A stretch of 63,948 nt of DNA from Pocillopora damicornis. Taxonomy: Eukaryota. Every line of letters begins with the position of its first letter. Within the stretch, counting starts at the first letter, position 1. A program made the translations under genes and the position numbers. This document shows positions 1 to 14,108 of the stretch, piece after piece. The DNA is taken from assembly GCF_003704095.1 (NCBI RefSeq), contig NW_020843386.1, positions 186,001-249,948 on the forward strand. The letters run 5' to 3'. The notes beneath the pieces are model-generated. The model did no database searches. It was not told the origin of the DNA and saw only the letters and a program-made list of their open reading frames with translations.

Positions 1-3000
1 ATGGCTGTGATAAATTTGTCGCCATTATCATGGTCTGCAAATCTGGCTCGATTTCCACAAGTGAGTTCGTTGGAAGGGGAGCCCCCAGTTCCAAAACCAA
101 TTCTTGAATCTGCACTCCCACAATCCCTCTCGTTATTACTAATAATGCCAATCCTTGCCTTAGACCTGTCATATCTGAAACTACGAACATTAAACCCCTC
201 TTTGTTGCAATTGAGCTGCAAAGAGGCCTGTGAACCAATCAGTTTCTTCCACGTGTCTCGTCCCAGGGAAGTAGCGCGGTATGTTCCGTCTGCGATTAGT
301 GAATACAGTGAGCTAGCCGACTTGTCTATAGGAATGAAGTTGTTCTGTTTACCGATTTTCATACCGAGACAGATCCTTGTGAAAGATGTGTTCCAATAGG
401 TCGGCAACTTGGTCTCCTGTGAGTCAAAGCCAGTCTTTCCGCCATCCAGGCTCAAGGTTTCCTTATTGCTCCAGATATTTGCATCGTAATGAAAAGTTAG
501 CTGGTGATCAACAAAAGGTATGAGAGACAATAACAGCAAGAGATTGAAACTATCAAATAGTCCTTTCCTTAGTCCATACTTGGGCCAAGAGGCCCACTCA
601 GCCGTAACTTATATTTATCCCGGTTTTCATAGTAAGAAGCAACTATGAGTATCACCCCTCCCCCCCTGGATAGGATGCTAGTCTATCGCAAGGTTACCCC
701 CCAGCATTTCATCAGGCCTCCCTCCTCGCCGGTGTAAAGTGTGTTGTCAGAGAACACAGCCCAATGACCCGGTCAGGTGTCGATCCCAGACCTCTCGATC
801 CGGATCTCGGCGCACTAACCCTCATGCCACTACCTCTCCCCCATTCCTTTTCTCAGAGCATTCTTATTCTAAGAGATCCCGGGAGGATCTTGAAGTAACC
901 CACCCTGAATCGCAAATTTTGGTTACGTGGACATCCCATTCATTGTCTATTTAAACTCGTCTAAGATATTCCAGCAAACCACAAGCCAATTAACTTTACT
1001 CCCGGAATACCATTTACTTTGACTTGATAAATCATTTGAGAATGTTTATCTTTGAAGTTGTTTATGGAATGATATAATTTTCTAATATCTCTTGATGATG
1101 TAATCATGTTCAGTGTAGCTAGTGATGCTTCTAATGCAATGAAAAAATAACAACAAAAAACAAAACTATTAAAAAAACTCATAAACAAACAGACAAACAG
1201 ATAAGCAAAACAAACAACCAGGTATGCACCTTAGAGCCATCTATTTTCATAACCAGCGTCCAGCCTCCTCCACCGCATGCGCCAAGGCTCGTAAGGTGAC
1301 AATAAACAAAAAAACTCCTAGAATCCACTTGTAGGGGGTAAGCTCTGTTGTCATTGGCACTGGAAACGCAAATAAAAGGAAAAAAAACTGTAGGCTGAAT
1401 AGAAATTTGGCTAAAAGCTTATATTATTCTCTGGGCATATCTGAATGTTTTAGATGAGCACGATGATGGCTTTTTTTACAGCATTTAAAAATACAATGTA
1501 ATGGTAAATTATTATTACAAGAAGTGTTTATCAGACCAGAGATTTAAATGAAGAATATCGGAAGAGAAGTGTTAATATAAATATTTCTAGAGTATAACTT
1601 ACAATTTGTTGTCATATATTTCCTTGCATGTCGTTGCCGCTGAAATATTAAAAACAACAAGAGTATAGTTTAACTTCGAATTCACAATCAAGCAATCTTA
1701 TCATCTGGGGTATAATGAACTGTAATTATTTGTTACTTTTTTTGACGCGGTGTCGCCTTTTCCTTTAAATCACGATTCCTTGTTGTTTTGTTTCGTTTTT
1801 TTTCTCCGAAACCAGAGGTTTGGAAAATCTATGGTAAGTTACTAATTCCGCTTCGTATTTTTAAGCAAAGTTTAGGATCCATTTATGAAGAAAATTTAGA
1901 ATCACGCACTCATTTTAATATCACATCTGTCTCCGGTCCAAGGAAGCTTACACGAGCATGAATATGTTTGTTTTTCCCCGTTGGGCAAACACGAACCTCC
2001 GTTGAAGCAGCCAGAAAACAAACATCCCTGAAGGAAATCAAATGAAACAACATTGAAATATGATATATCACAACAATATTACAAAAAGATGTGATTAGGA
2101 AAGAACTTGTTATAGAATTTTTTAAAAAATACGGTGGAAAAGAAAATGATTCAAATAATTGAATACATATATTATTGGGAAGAAGGCTTGAATGATAATA
2201 TGAGTATATATAAATGAATATATGCGCCTTATCAGTGTTAAATTTATTATTAATCCATGAGTTTCAAGAAACGGAGAGGTCCAAAAATTTCCAATTTTTG
2301 TATTCCACTGTATTTCCGCTAGATTTATTTGTGTTCTAATAATTGTTATAATTTTTTTTTATTTCTCACCATTCTTTTGAAAAAAACATATCTATTTACT
2401 CTCGAAAGTGTTTATATAGCACTCAAAGGTAGCTAGGCCGAAGTTATTCGAACGAGAAACACGAGGAGGTTTCAAGTATGCACTTGCAGGAAATCGGGAC
2501 AAAACAACTTGCGAGTCCAGCTCTCCAAAGTCCTCCCGCTGTGAGCAAGCTTCATCGCTTTTCGTGTTTCCAATTGATGTAAGTCAGCGACGCCAGTCTT
2601 TATCCTTGATCATTATCATTCCAAAAATAAGGGAGTGAAAGAAACGGTAGAAAAGGAGAGATACAAGGGTGTTAATTAAACCTTTCATCGTGAAAGGAAT
2701 TTCAAAGAACATATAACGATGGAGTATTGTTTATTTTACAAGCTGTAAAGATTCGGTTAAACTTATTAAATCAAATATGAGAAAAGGTGCTCTACAAACA
2801 AAAGGTTTACTTAATGGGATGCTTTATGAAGTTTTTTTTTTATTGTAAATGAAATTTTTGAATGAAAGATTTACTCTCATATCGGTCACCATTATTCCAA
2901 AATCATTTTTCTCTTTTTCATCAAATAATTTTTTTCTTTCAAAATTTGTAAACACATTGCCAAAAGAAAAATGTCCACGGTTGCATCCTAAACAGTTTGG

Positions 3001-3511
3001 AAGGCAAGAACTCAGTAAGCTTTCTACGACAATAGTACTGAGGCTCCAAGCAAGCGATGGAAGTCAACAGTGATTAAAAAGTTCCGGTAAAATCAAACGT
3101 GAACTTAAGATGATGATGCTTTTGTAAAGTGCACTTCTTAAGATAAAAATCTCATAGGAGCTAAATTACCTTTAGTAGTAGTGAGAAAACTACTCCCTTC
3201 TGGTCAACAAACTTGATGGGTTCATCAACAACAGCGATGTCGTGCTCGTTCAGTTCACAAGCCCCTTCACCATCCTTCTCGGAAGACAACTTGAAGTTTG
3301 TGGAAGAACACCATAAATTCTTTACACATTCTCGACTGCACGATAACAAACTGCGAGAATCAAACCGTTTGACAACGTATCCCACAAGCTGAGTGTTTGT
3401 CTGCAATTTGAAGTGAAAATAGCGAGATTTCCAGTTCCCTACCGAGGCGACAATTGCGGCAGTTTGAAACAAGAAAAACATCAGAAATTCTGTTGTCGTT
3501 GGCAATCTCAT
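1..3511 (-). CDS. Secreted PAN/Apple + EGF + fibrinogen-N-like + USOMP5-like protein (cluster gene A; 3' end runs off window)
   Basis: Exons 3511-3170 ([35 protein letters not shown]), 2027-1910 ([28 protein letters not shown]), 1639-1603 (37 nt, TCKEIYD), 1359-1230 ([24 protein letters not shown]), 500-<1 ([39 protein letters not shown]). All introns are GT-AG with phases 0/1/2/0, giving a continuous frame. The last domain resembles coral 'uncharacterized skeletal organic matrix protein 5-like' proteins (from recall). Confidence 0.85.
575..843 (-). mobile_element. tRNA-derived SINE (internally deleted) in last intron of gene A
   Basis: Minus strand has a tRNA-like head with A-box-like TGGCATGAGGGTTAG and B-box-like GGGATCGACACC followed by GGGTCATTGGGCTGTGTTCTC; homologous to the head at 31656-31754. 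Confidence 0.65.
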
Positions 3512-4029
3512 TACCAAACAAAATCTGATAACTGTTCACAATATTCTAGTTCTTTCGATGACTTTTTGAGTATAATTGGTTTATCATTTTCTCTTGCAGC
3601 TTCTTTTGAGGACTTGTGAACCGCTCTGACGCCATAATTAATTTCAAAACGAGGCTCCGTCTCGTCCAATTATGTCTTTCCACAAAAGTTAAATTCGGCA
3701 TGGTCTTTTTAACCTTTAAGAATTTTTGATCACTCTTCTCTTCATAACCTCGCCTTAATTTTCATTGATTCAGTATATATTGTGGTAAATTACAGTTACC
3801 ATTTTGAAAACACTTATCAAGTATTCAGTAAAGAGTCAAAGACAAACACTGTGCTGAGCACTTTTAACTGTTGGAGCAATGATTGGATCAAGGAGCAAAG
3901 AAATTGATACAAAAGAGGCGCTAAAGATTCAAAATGATAAACGCTCAGTAAAAAGAAACAGATTGAGTATAAAGACAACTTTATTGCAAAAGTCCACAAC
4001 ACATACACAGTGTTTTTAAAATAAAAATT

Positions 4030-4606
4030 TATGGAATTATTCCATACTCGGGGGTTGAAGACAAGAGACGATATCTTCTCTTAGTTCAAGGGTAAAAATC
4101 TCGAGTACTACCAGCAGTCTATGATACGAGCATATATACACTGTGTTATTGAGAATGTTGCATTTTAGCTCTTGTCACGAATTTTACAAAAAACAAAAAA
4201 AAATCTCGAGTTAATCGAGAGTTGGGAAATTTATCGCATGGTCGAGGTTCAAGGCATGGGAGCAAATCCTCTCTTAGTTGAAGGGCAATAATCTCGAGTG
4301 CTATTTACAGTCTATGATACCACCGTATCTACAATGTGTCAGAAAGTTGAACTTTAGCTTTTGTTGCGTATTTTACAAAAAAACAAAAAAATCTCGATTT
4401 AATTGAGAGCTTAGGGAATTTATTACGTGGTTTAGCTTCAAGGCAAGAGAGCTTAAACTATCCTCTATTAGTTCAAGGGCAAAAAACTCGAGTGCTATTT
4501 ACAATCTATGATATCAGCGTATCTATACCGTGTTAAGAAGTTAAATTTTAGCTTTTGTTATGAATTTTACAAAAAACAAATAAAACTCGATTCAATCAGG
4601 AGCTTG
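4030..4606. repeat. Degenerate tandem repeat, ~185-190 bp unit x3
   Basis: Recurrent TTAGTTCAAGGG.AA..A.TCTCGAGT.CTA...CAGTCTATGATA...TTTTAGCT..TGT..CG.ATTTTACAAAAAACAAA near 4081, 4275 and 4468. Confidence 0.8.
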
Positions 4607-5109
4607 AGGCGAAAAAGCAAAATTTATACCGACGAAAAATTTCCAAGTTCACCTGAATTTATGAAGCGTTAATTTCCTGCAATTAGGTAAATATCGTACT
4701 CCATATATCGCTTTTTTGACCACCTAAAAGTTGCTGTACCTTTCGCTATCCTTATTTCGTAGAAAAACAGATACTAATGAATTTAGAGAAAGACAAAAAA
4801 CTGTCAGTCGCCGCATACTTTTTTTTAGAAAAAACGACAATTTGGCTCGTTCAGTGGCGAGCTTAAGCAATAAAGAAATAGGCACCATTTACTGAATGAA
4901 CACAGTTCTGTCACAATAATCTAGTTCTCAGGCTTATCTTTTACCCCTGTTCAGTGGAATGGATGCGGAGCGGAGGGTCCTGTCCTCCAGGCGTTTGCTG
5001 AGGGAACGAAGACCTTTAGGAACAGCATTGTGATTGTGACATATGTCAAATTGAACGAAGGAAGGATGCAATACACCTTTGAATCACATCTCCATCGTTT
5101 CGTCTTCTC

Positions 5110-8100
5110 TCATTGTACCAAGATGTATCCCATCGCTTTAATATGTGTATTACCATATTTCGCTTCGTTTCCGCAAGTGTTGGAATCATCGTGTTTTCCT
5201 CCTGTACCAAACCCAATTCTGGAGTCACAACTACTACAGTCGTTCTCGTTGTTTCCAAGGATTCCAATGCGAGCTTTCGGTCTTCCTGGTCCATCACATT
5301 TCACATTAAACCCCTCTTGGTCGCAATTAGACTGTAATGATGCCCTCGAGCCGATCAACTTCTTCCACGTGTCACGACCCAATGAGGTCGTACGACCATT
5401 TCCATCGGCGATTAATGAATAGAGGGAACTAGCCTGCTTGTTGATGAGTATGAAGTTAATTCTTTGTCCGATCTTCATGCCGAGACAGATCTTGGTGAAG
5501 GATGTGTTCCAATAGGTCGGTAACTTGGTCTCTTCTGAGTCAAACCCAGTCTTTCCTCCGTCAATATTGAAGGTTTCGTTGTTGCTCCAAAGTTTAGAAT
5601 CGTAATGAAAAGTTCCCTAATCAGCAACAATATACAAGAAAGGGTCACATCAACAGACCGAAAAAACCTTACTGTTTATATATCTTAGGCATCGCTTGTA
5701 CGGTTGTTGATGGATCAGTGCGAATACTTTTAAATAAACCCTGCACACTTACGTTGTCCATGGCGAATTAAATTTGAGAACATTACAGCCTATCAGTCTA
5801 AAATGATTTGGAACTAAAATTGTAGCTATATACCTGTGAACCGTTCATTTTTATAACCAGCGTCCATTCACCCTCACCGCATGCGCCAAGACTAATCACG
5901 TGACATCTTTCCCCGATCCAAGGTTGTTGGCAAGCGCACGAGAATGTTTGCCTTTTTTCGTCGGGAAGACAGGAACCATCATTAAGGCAACTGGTCATCT
6001 GACATCCCTAGCGAATATAAAGAACACTCGTAATATAAATCGCTCGTAAGAGATGATAATTTATCCTCCCTTGGCTAGCAAACGGTCAACGTGATGGTTA
6101 ACAGGCTGAGCTACCCAGCAAACCAGAATTTCTCCTGTTTCTAAACATGCTATCGTCAGAGCGCGCAGGGAACACAACATTGATATTGCTACATGTGAAG
6201 AGAACAATATCGTCATAGCAACTGAATTTTTCAATGTGGCGAATTTATTTTCCATGCAGGACTTTAATTTTTTAGTTTACTAATATAACTGAGACTTTAT
6301 TCAAATCTTTTGAAAAGAAAATTTTTTTATTAAAAGAAGTTATGTTATGATAAGCAGTACGTCATTGTATCCATATGATATCTGCTATGAAGCTTGTGGC
6401 GATATTTAATGTAGCATAACAAAGAAAGTTGACTGAATTAAATTTCTTTTTAAAGAATAAAATGTTTGTCTCGAAACGCATTAGGTAGTGAAGCAGCTGC
6501 AGACTGGAATAATTGCGTTTCTTTTTAATGATTGATATGGGGAACACTCATAATTGAGGCTGGAAATCCTTTTAGAGCGGCAATAACTAGTGACAAAGAC
6601 TTGATCGTTTTTAATACTGGTTTTCACGGTGCTATTTACAAACGGCCTATGTTAGGACGAAATGTGTCACCTTGAGTACTGTGGATGTAGCTCTCTCAGA
6701 ATTAACACTTTCTTCAACGGCAGATCTAGAGATATCGAGGATGTTCCTTCAAATTCGTCGTTGTTGGAGAACAACGTAAGGTTTATGGAATGAAATTACA
6801 CTTTTGACAGAATTCTCGTGCTTCTGTTGAATTAACTAGAAAGCCAAACCACTTAACCCCGTATCTCTTTAATTAAGCTGCTTTTTATGCTACTTGCATT
6901 CTATATGCAGTAACAACATCCGTATTTTGGAACAAAATTATCAACTTAACAGCACTTAAGTCCATCACCAAGCGAAATCAGGCGGAAAAGGGTGACAAAC
7001 TGACTGATTTCGAAAAAATAATTCAGGATTCGTTGGGACATCTTCCTTTAGAGAACGAAAATACCAAAAATGGTATGGCTCTAAGGTGTAATGGTGAAGT
7101 ATCAGACGATATTTAGAAGCTACAAGGAGGCCAGATGAATTTTGACACCGGCCGGTCTAACATGACATGATCTCTGAACAGACGTCGAAAAGTAAACTAA
7201 AATCCATTTATTTTGCCAAGGAACTTAATTCTTTTTGTATGTATAATAACAATAGAGCCATTCTTTTTGGTAGGAAATGAAAAAAAGGAAGAGCAGCTTT
7301 TTCTTCTCTTTCCGGCAGCATGTCCGAATCGCCCGAAAAATTGTCAATGAACTTATTACAAAAGGAGCTTCTTTACACAAAAATAATTAAAAGTTGAAGT
7401 TTGTCATTTATGTTCTATGAAAGGGAATTGTTCTTTTCATCTAATGCTCTAATTTATTAATTTATTCTGTAAACTTCAAACCACATCACGTACCATAAAC
7501 AAAATATCTTCGAAAATAAAGCAATTAACATACAAAAAGAGCTCAGGTGGGAAATTGCAAATTATCATGCACTATTGTGTCTCCCTAAGCTTTAATTTCA
7601 GGATATATTAAGCCACAAGGAGTGAATTAATGGAAGATTCTATCACAATAACCGCATTATCCTTCTCAAAAATCATAGCTAGATAACGCCGGAAATTAGG
7701 ATTGACTTCAAAACAGTCTGATCGAGTTTTAGTACCATTTTTCGCGACGAAATTAGGGCCTGAAAATTCAGTCTTATCATTAAAAGGTAAAGTTTGGCTT
7801 ACAATATTATTTAGGGCTAGATGACTTTTATTTTTTTCCGAACTCTACCTTCATATAGTGCCTCGTTTTGATTAACTGAGGATGACTTCAAAGTTATTGT
7901 TCAATTTTTGCGGGTAGGTGCTCAACCTTGCGGTTTTTAAGATACTACGAAAGTTAAATAACTACTTTGAATTAATTCAGCTAAAGATGACAAATTCTGT
8001 GTAATTATTTTAAATACTGAAAGCAACAAAAGGTAAATTACCCTTAGAAGAAGTGAGAAAGTGACTCCATCGCGGTCATCAAAGTAAACGTTTTCGTTTA

Positions 8101-8380
8101 AAACGGAGATATCGTGCTTGTTCAGCTCACAAGTTCCTTTGTCGTCCTTCTTTAAGGAAAACTTGAAGTTTATCGACGAACACCACAAATTTGTCAGACA
8201 TTGTCGACTACACGATAACAAAGTGGGAGAATCAAACCTCTTAACAACGAATCCCATGAGTTCCTTGTTTTCCTGTGTTTTGATATATGATGAACGAGAA
8301 TTTAAGTCGGAGTTTCCTCTGGCGATCAACGTTGTGGATTTTAGAAAAAGGAAAAATAACATCACGTTGTTATACGCCAT
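5110..8380 (-). CDS. Secreted PAN + EGF/fibrinogen-N fused exon + USOMP5-like protein (gene B, internally deleted variant)
   Basis: Exons 8380-8042 ([16 protein letters not shown]), 6007-5834 ([42 protein letters not shown]), 5616-5110 ([19 protein letters not shown]); GT-AG introns, frame intact. Confidence 0.8.
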
Positions 8381-9908
8381 TGAAAAGGAGGCCAGCACTT
8401 ACAGTAACGGAAAAAAAAGTGTTCCTGAATTGTTTGACACTTTCTAATAAAATACTAATTGTTTTTTTCTTTCAACAATGTTTAGAAATGATAACCACGT
8501 GACCGACAAAGTTTATTCATCGTTATGAGATCGGAGTTGCTGCAGGTGTGCTCGACAATCTTCGTGCCACTGACGTTTCCCAGATCACTTGCATAGCCTA
8601 TCCATAATTTACGTTTGACATATGGCGTAGTAGTTAATACAAGGCTTAGTTAAACACATAGATTCTTTCAAAAACCAGAAAAAATCTGAAAATGCGTGGC
8701 ACGCTCGTACATTTACTTTCCCTTTTTCTCGTGAAAGTTTGCATTTAACGAACTCAGTATTCACGCAAACCGCTGAAAACATAAGGAAATACTGCGCTAA
8801 CTCCCCCCACCGATCCCTGTGCGTTTATGAGTCCGTTATTGTTTAAGGACCAAACTCTCTTCTCAAATTAAGCTGTTGTTATTAACCATTATTCAACCAG
8901 CACACGTTGGATATGAGATGATAGATGGCCAACGGCGCCTGAAGGGCCGAGTTGGCTATGATCACTAGTTTTACACCCAACAAGCGCGAGTGGAATAATT
9001 GTTTTTATCAAAATGGCCCCAAAATATATATTCCCCACTTTATTTTGTAAGAACGAACGAAATATTGAAATGTACAAAAATACTTTCGGTTTAACTCGTC
9101 TTCATGTGCGCGCATGGAAAACACTTGAATTGCATTAACCAGTGATCCAGATTTTAATAATTATTTTTATCATGAATAACCCCTTGAAGATTTCTTAAAT
9201 TTATTTCAAATACTAACTTAAGCTGAAGAAAATAGTAGTTTTTGCACGATTGTCAGAGCAGCTGAAGCAAAGGCATCAAGTACATGAAATTGTACAGCAG
9301 CCATTTTGAAAGCTCGCGCTTTGGTTTTATCATCACCAAGGAGAGGATGTCTGTTGCTCGATGTAATGTAATCTTAATTCAGTCATAACGCTCAATAACA
9401 GCAACTATAACTGCAACGATAACGATTGAAATAACAAAAGATCTCTATGCTTGCTGACAATGTCGAGATTCGTGGTTGTGAAGGATTTAAGCTATCTGCA
9501 AAAGTAAAAAGCTAGTTACTCGTTATGGCATGCTCCAAATCTGCTGACCGCTAATTTGGTTGTTAGCAAATATTCCTTTTCTGACGTTAAGCCAATCGAA
9601 ATGAACGAGTCGTGAAACCGTTTTTTTAAATGATTCGTGGTGAAGCCTTCCGACTCATTAGCTTCCGTTAGATGTTCCATAGCTCAGTGAAGTGGAGTGA
9701 TGTTCCCCTATAGCGATAATTGCGTACAGAGAGCCATATTGGTCCAGGATAATTTATTCTTTGTTCCTCGTTCAGAATCATTTTGATATCCTTCAGAACA
9801 AGAGGGAAGAAATCACCAAAAAAATGCAAACAAACAAACAAAGTCGAAATAAGACTTTCTTTAGATTGGTTAGATTGTGGTGTATGTTGCCTCAGAGAGT
9901 TCCACGAC

Positions 9909-10170
9909 ACAGTCCAGCTTCAAAGAACCACCCAAGGCCATCAGGTCCTTTCACAATGTTACGACCCTGAGAGATTTCAAAGTATCCACCAGCAGTGATC
10001 ACTGCAATTGAGGGACAGCGCAGTTGATATATCGATTGATCGCCGCACCGAGACAGATCTTTTTAAAGGACATGTTCCTTTGCATCGACAGCTTAGCCCA
10101 CTGTTTGTCAAACTTATCTGCCGCCGTTCCCTGCTTCTCTACCAAATACATATCGGAAGTGGTATTGTTA
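9909..10170 (-). pseudogene. Fossil second copy of the USOMP5-like domain immediately 3' of the gene C stop codon
   Basis: Minus-strand translation DKFDKQWAKLSMQRNMSFKKICLGAAINRYINC and ITAGGYFEISQGRN..KDLMALGGSLKLDC aligns to [24 protein letters not shown] and [30 protein letters not shown], with frameshifts and stops. Confidence 0.7.
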
Positions 10171-10210
10171 TTGATCTCGATGCTGCACCACCAGATATCC
10201 TGGAAAGAGC

Positions 10211-13200
10211 TTACTGCACCAAGATATATCCCATAGCTCTGATATTTTTGTTGCCGTTATCTGGGTTATGCGTTGCTTGGTTACCACACGTGTTGGAGTC
10301 ATCGTGATATCCGCCAGTACCAAATCCAATTCTGGAATCACAAGTATGACAATCATTTTCTTGGTTAGCAATATAACCGATTCTTGCTTTCGAATGAGAG
10401 TGATCTTCACCAACCGCATTGAACCCTTCTTTGTTGCAGTTCCGCTGCAGAGAGGCTCGTGAGCCAATCAGCTTCTTCCATGTGTTACGACCCAGTGAGG
10501 TGGCGCGGTATTTCCCATCGGCGATGAGTGAGTATAGCGAGCTCGCCGACTTGTTAATGGCAGTAAAGTTTTCCTGTTCGCCGATTTTCATACCGAGACA
10601 GATCCTTGTGAAAGATGTGTCCCAGTAAGTCGGTAACTTTGTCTCATTTGAGTCAAACCCAGTCTTTCCTCCTTCAAGGTTGAAAGGTTTGTAATTGCTC
10701 CACAGGACGTCATCATAATGGAACGTTCTCTAGACATGGTATGATCAAATTAATTCATAATTACAAAGTTTACCTGGCGCAAGACCTGAGTGAATCATGA
10801 TTTTCAAATGTAGAAGGATGCAAAAATAAAAGATTATTCGGGTATATCGAAACTAGTCCATAATCTGTTCCGACCCTAACGAAAACAAACATAGGATCGC
10901 AAGACCCCGAATTGTGGCTTTTGTTTGTTTTCAGGGTCAATGAAAAAGCTCTAATGAAATCTGATTAAATGAAGCAAACGAATCTTGAAACGCCAAAAGT
11001 AGTTTTGTTCTAGCGATGGGAAATCGTAATCACTATTTTCACTGAACATCTCGCGCAAGACCTGAGAGCCATACAAGACCTGATTACATACTAATGAGCC
11101 ATTCATTTTCATAACCAGCGTCCATCCATATCCACCACATTCGCCAAGACTTGTCATGTGACAGTACACAGGGACCTTTTCAGAGCCTATTTGTAATAAA
11201 TAGGCCTTATTCCCGTCGGCCCTAAAAGAAATGAGACAGAAATTTCACAAAAAAAGGAATGAGGTATATACATAAGGGTGGCTTAGTGACGTTAAAGTAC
11301 AAAACTCTAGGAAAATGTACCTCGCGTTTTTTTAATTTTTCTTTGCTTATGCTGTGAAATTATTAATATGTTATTTTTTTCGTAGGCTAGTTTCTCTTAT
11401 TTAGCTTTCAACTTGAATTATTTCAAGGAAAAAGTAGGTTGGAGTTTTAAAATATTATGTCTTCCTCAAGGATTGTAGTCACCAAAAAAACTTTGGCGTT
11501 TTTGGATTATAAAAATTGTTGGGATTTTTAACTCAGACTGACCAAATTTTATCATTTGATGCTGGAAGAAGCTACTATTAATAGTGCTTGGGTGATTGAA
11601 ACGCTCTACGTCTTACTTACAGTTTGTTATGATAAATTTCCTTGCACGTGGAGTTCCCTGGAAGACGAAGGGAAATGAAATAGTTGAATTCAATGCGTGA
11701 CTCAAAGTCAAACTTTTTTCAACTATACCTCAGCCGGCATCTTTAATTCATATTGGGTGCCATTATGAACTAAATTCATCTCTTCCACATCTTTATTCAT
11801 CGAGAATGATCCTCCCACTGTCTGCCAGCTAACTACTCACTTAACAATCTCTGAGGCTGATGTAAGGTTATTGAATCGTATATTGAAAAAGATGAAAAGC
11901 ATAACTCAAAATATTTTGCCTTTCTTTATGATTAAAGTCATGATTACCCATTTTATTTTCACATCTGTCGCCAGTCCAAGGATATTGGCAAGAACATGAG
12001 AAGGTTTGGTTTTCCTTTTCATGCAAGCAAGAACCACCATTGAGGCAAAAGGCTAATTGACAACCCTGAAAACAAAAATGGACAACATAAGAGACAAAAT
12101 TTAAACTAGAAATTCATAATAACTGAGCTTAGTATCGAAATCACGGGATCCAATCACCTCCGATTAAGGATGGCAAACATTTTTTCTCTTTTTTTCAAAA
12201 GGCTTGGGCAAGGTTGTGACTCTGAGGCTTCAAATCCAGACCCTATTTACGACAAGAACTTTAAACTTTGTGACTTTTTGAAACCACGGACTGGAATCAC
12301 GGTAAACAGCTTCAGAAGTTACGAAAAACATTGAATTGAATGAATAGCAACGATTGCTGCCAATATTATCGCCTTGTAGAAACCTTATTGTCTGTGAAGA
12401 AATCATATTGAAGCTGTTTAGAGTGTTAAGAATGTTTCAGATTTAAAACGATTGAAACTAAATAATGTTTGACCACGGTAAAAATTAATACCGACCCCCT
12501 ACCACGCAGCAGTGAGTGGTGGGCGGCTGATCAATGAGGCTCTACAGAGATTCCTTATACCCCCCTCCAGCACGCAGATGATGAACTAAATGGGCAGTCG
12601 CAGTCACAGTTCTAATAATTAAAAATGTCCCACAGCCTTAGTCCGTGCAAAAGTGATAAGTTTTCAGGATTTGCTTATATTGGGCTGAATTGAAATTGCT
12701 GTTAAGGTGCTTTGTTCCGATTTAAAACATTGAGGACAAAAAAAGTGATAATTTTCCTTTGGTTTGTATTTTTTTGTGAATTTCTGATGAATGACTTTCG
12801 GAACAAGCTTTGATTATTTTGTTCTCAAAAAACCATGATGTGCGGGGAAAATTCAGCTGTGTTATTTGTTGCTTCTTGAAGCCGTTAAACTTGTCACCTT
12901 GAGGAATGACGCCATAATTATTAGCCTTTGTCTGTATACGTCAATGCTGAGAGTGCATGTTAAAATTCTCACCACTATCAATTTTTTTTTTCGTTTAAAA
13001 GGAGTTGATTACTGGAACCAAACCATCCAAGATGAAAAGAACCAACGCGTGAACAAACATAATGGTTGAGAACACCTATCTTCAACTTAAATAATCCATT
13101 TGTTTTTTAAAGTAAGTTCAATTATGATATGCACACGATCGTAGAAACATTATTTCCACGGAATATTTAAAAGGAAAAAATGAAAAACAAAAGGTTTTGC

Positions 13201-14108
13201 TGACAGGATGTCCGATCTGAATTTTGTAATAAGGATTATTTACATGCAAAGATGAAAACTGTGTGACATAGAAATGAAAAGAAAATACTGTATTCATTAA
13301 GCGTTCTAATTTCAACAGAGACACAGTGTTGTTTACTTTTTATCATACAAACCTCATCACAAACACAAACGAAATTTTTCGCAAAAATAAAGCAAATATT
13401 CGAAATGACGCTCGGGTTGGTTCTAGTAGAGAAGTGATAATTGGTTCATGAAGGATATTCGTACGACTTCTATTTTGGGTCAACCCATAAGCTTTTAGCG
13501 CTCTAGGACTCACACAGCGATGATTAAAAACCCTGATAATCTATATTGTTCGCCTTGAAAGGCAGTAATCTCTTTAATCAGGAAATTGCGATTTTACCCT
13601 AAAGACTGAAAAGGCGATAAGAATCATTAAAGTTATCGGTTTTCAACCATGGTTGCCTTTTTTCGGTTTTATGCAAGTTGAAAATTAAATGGGGTAAACT
13701 CGATCAGCGAAAGAAGAAGTATATTGTATAATTCTTTTTTAAATTGAGATATTACAAGTAAATCACCTTAAGGCGTAGTGAAAAAGTAACTTGCTCCCGG
13801 TCCTCAAAGTTGATATTTTCGTTGGAAACTGAGATGTTGTGTGAGTTCAGTTCACAAGTTCCTCTGCCATCCTTCTCGGAAAACAACCTGAAGTTTGTGG
13901 AGGTACACCACGACGCCATCAAACATCGCTGACCACAAGACAGCAAACTGGGAGAACTGAATCTTTTGACAGCATAACCCAATAGCTGCTTATTCCTCAG
14001 GGTTTTGAAATATGATGAACGAGGATCCGATTCCGAATTTCCCTCGGAGAAGAAAACGGTGCTTGAGTGGAACAGAAAGAAAAGGTGCAATACTTTGCCG
14101 CTGCGCAT
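10211..14108 (-). CDS. Secreted PAN + EGF + fibrinogen-N-like + USOMP5-like protein (gene C)
   Basis: Exons 14108 (or upstream ATG 14171)-13767, 12065-11948 (118 nt EGF), 11657-11621 (37 nt), 11221-11092 (130 nt), 10729-10211. Internal exon sizes are identical to gene A; GT-AG introns; open frame to GYILVQ*. Confidence 0.87.

Noticed and set aside
1-399. Recurrent plus-strand ORFs antisense to the USOMP5-like exons (also 5030-5422, 10419-10628, 16381-16686)
   Set aside because: Shadow frames of a conserved coding exon; starts and ends are inconsistent among paralogues
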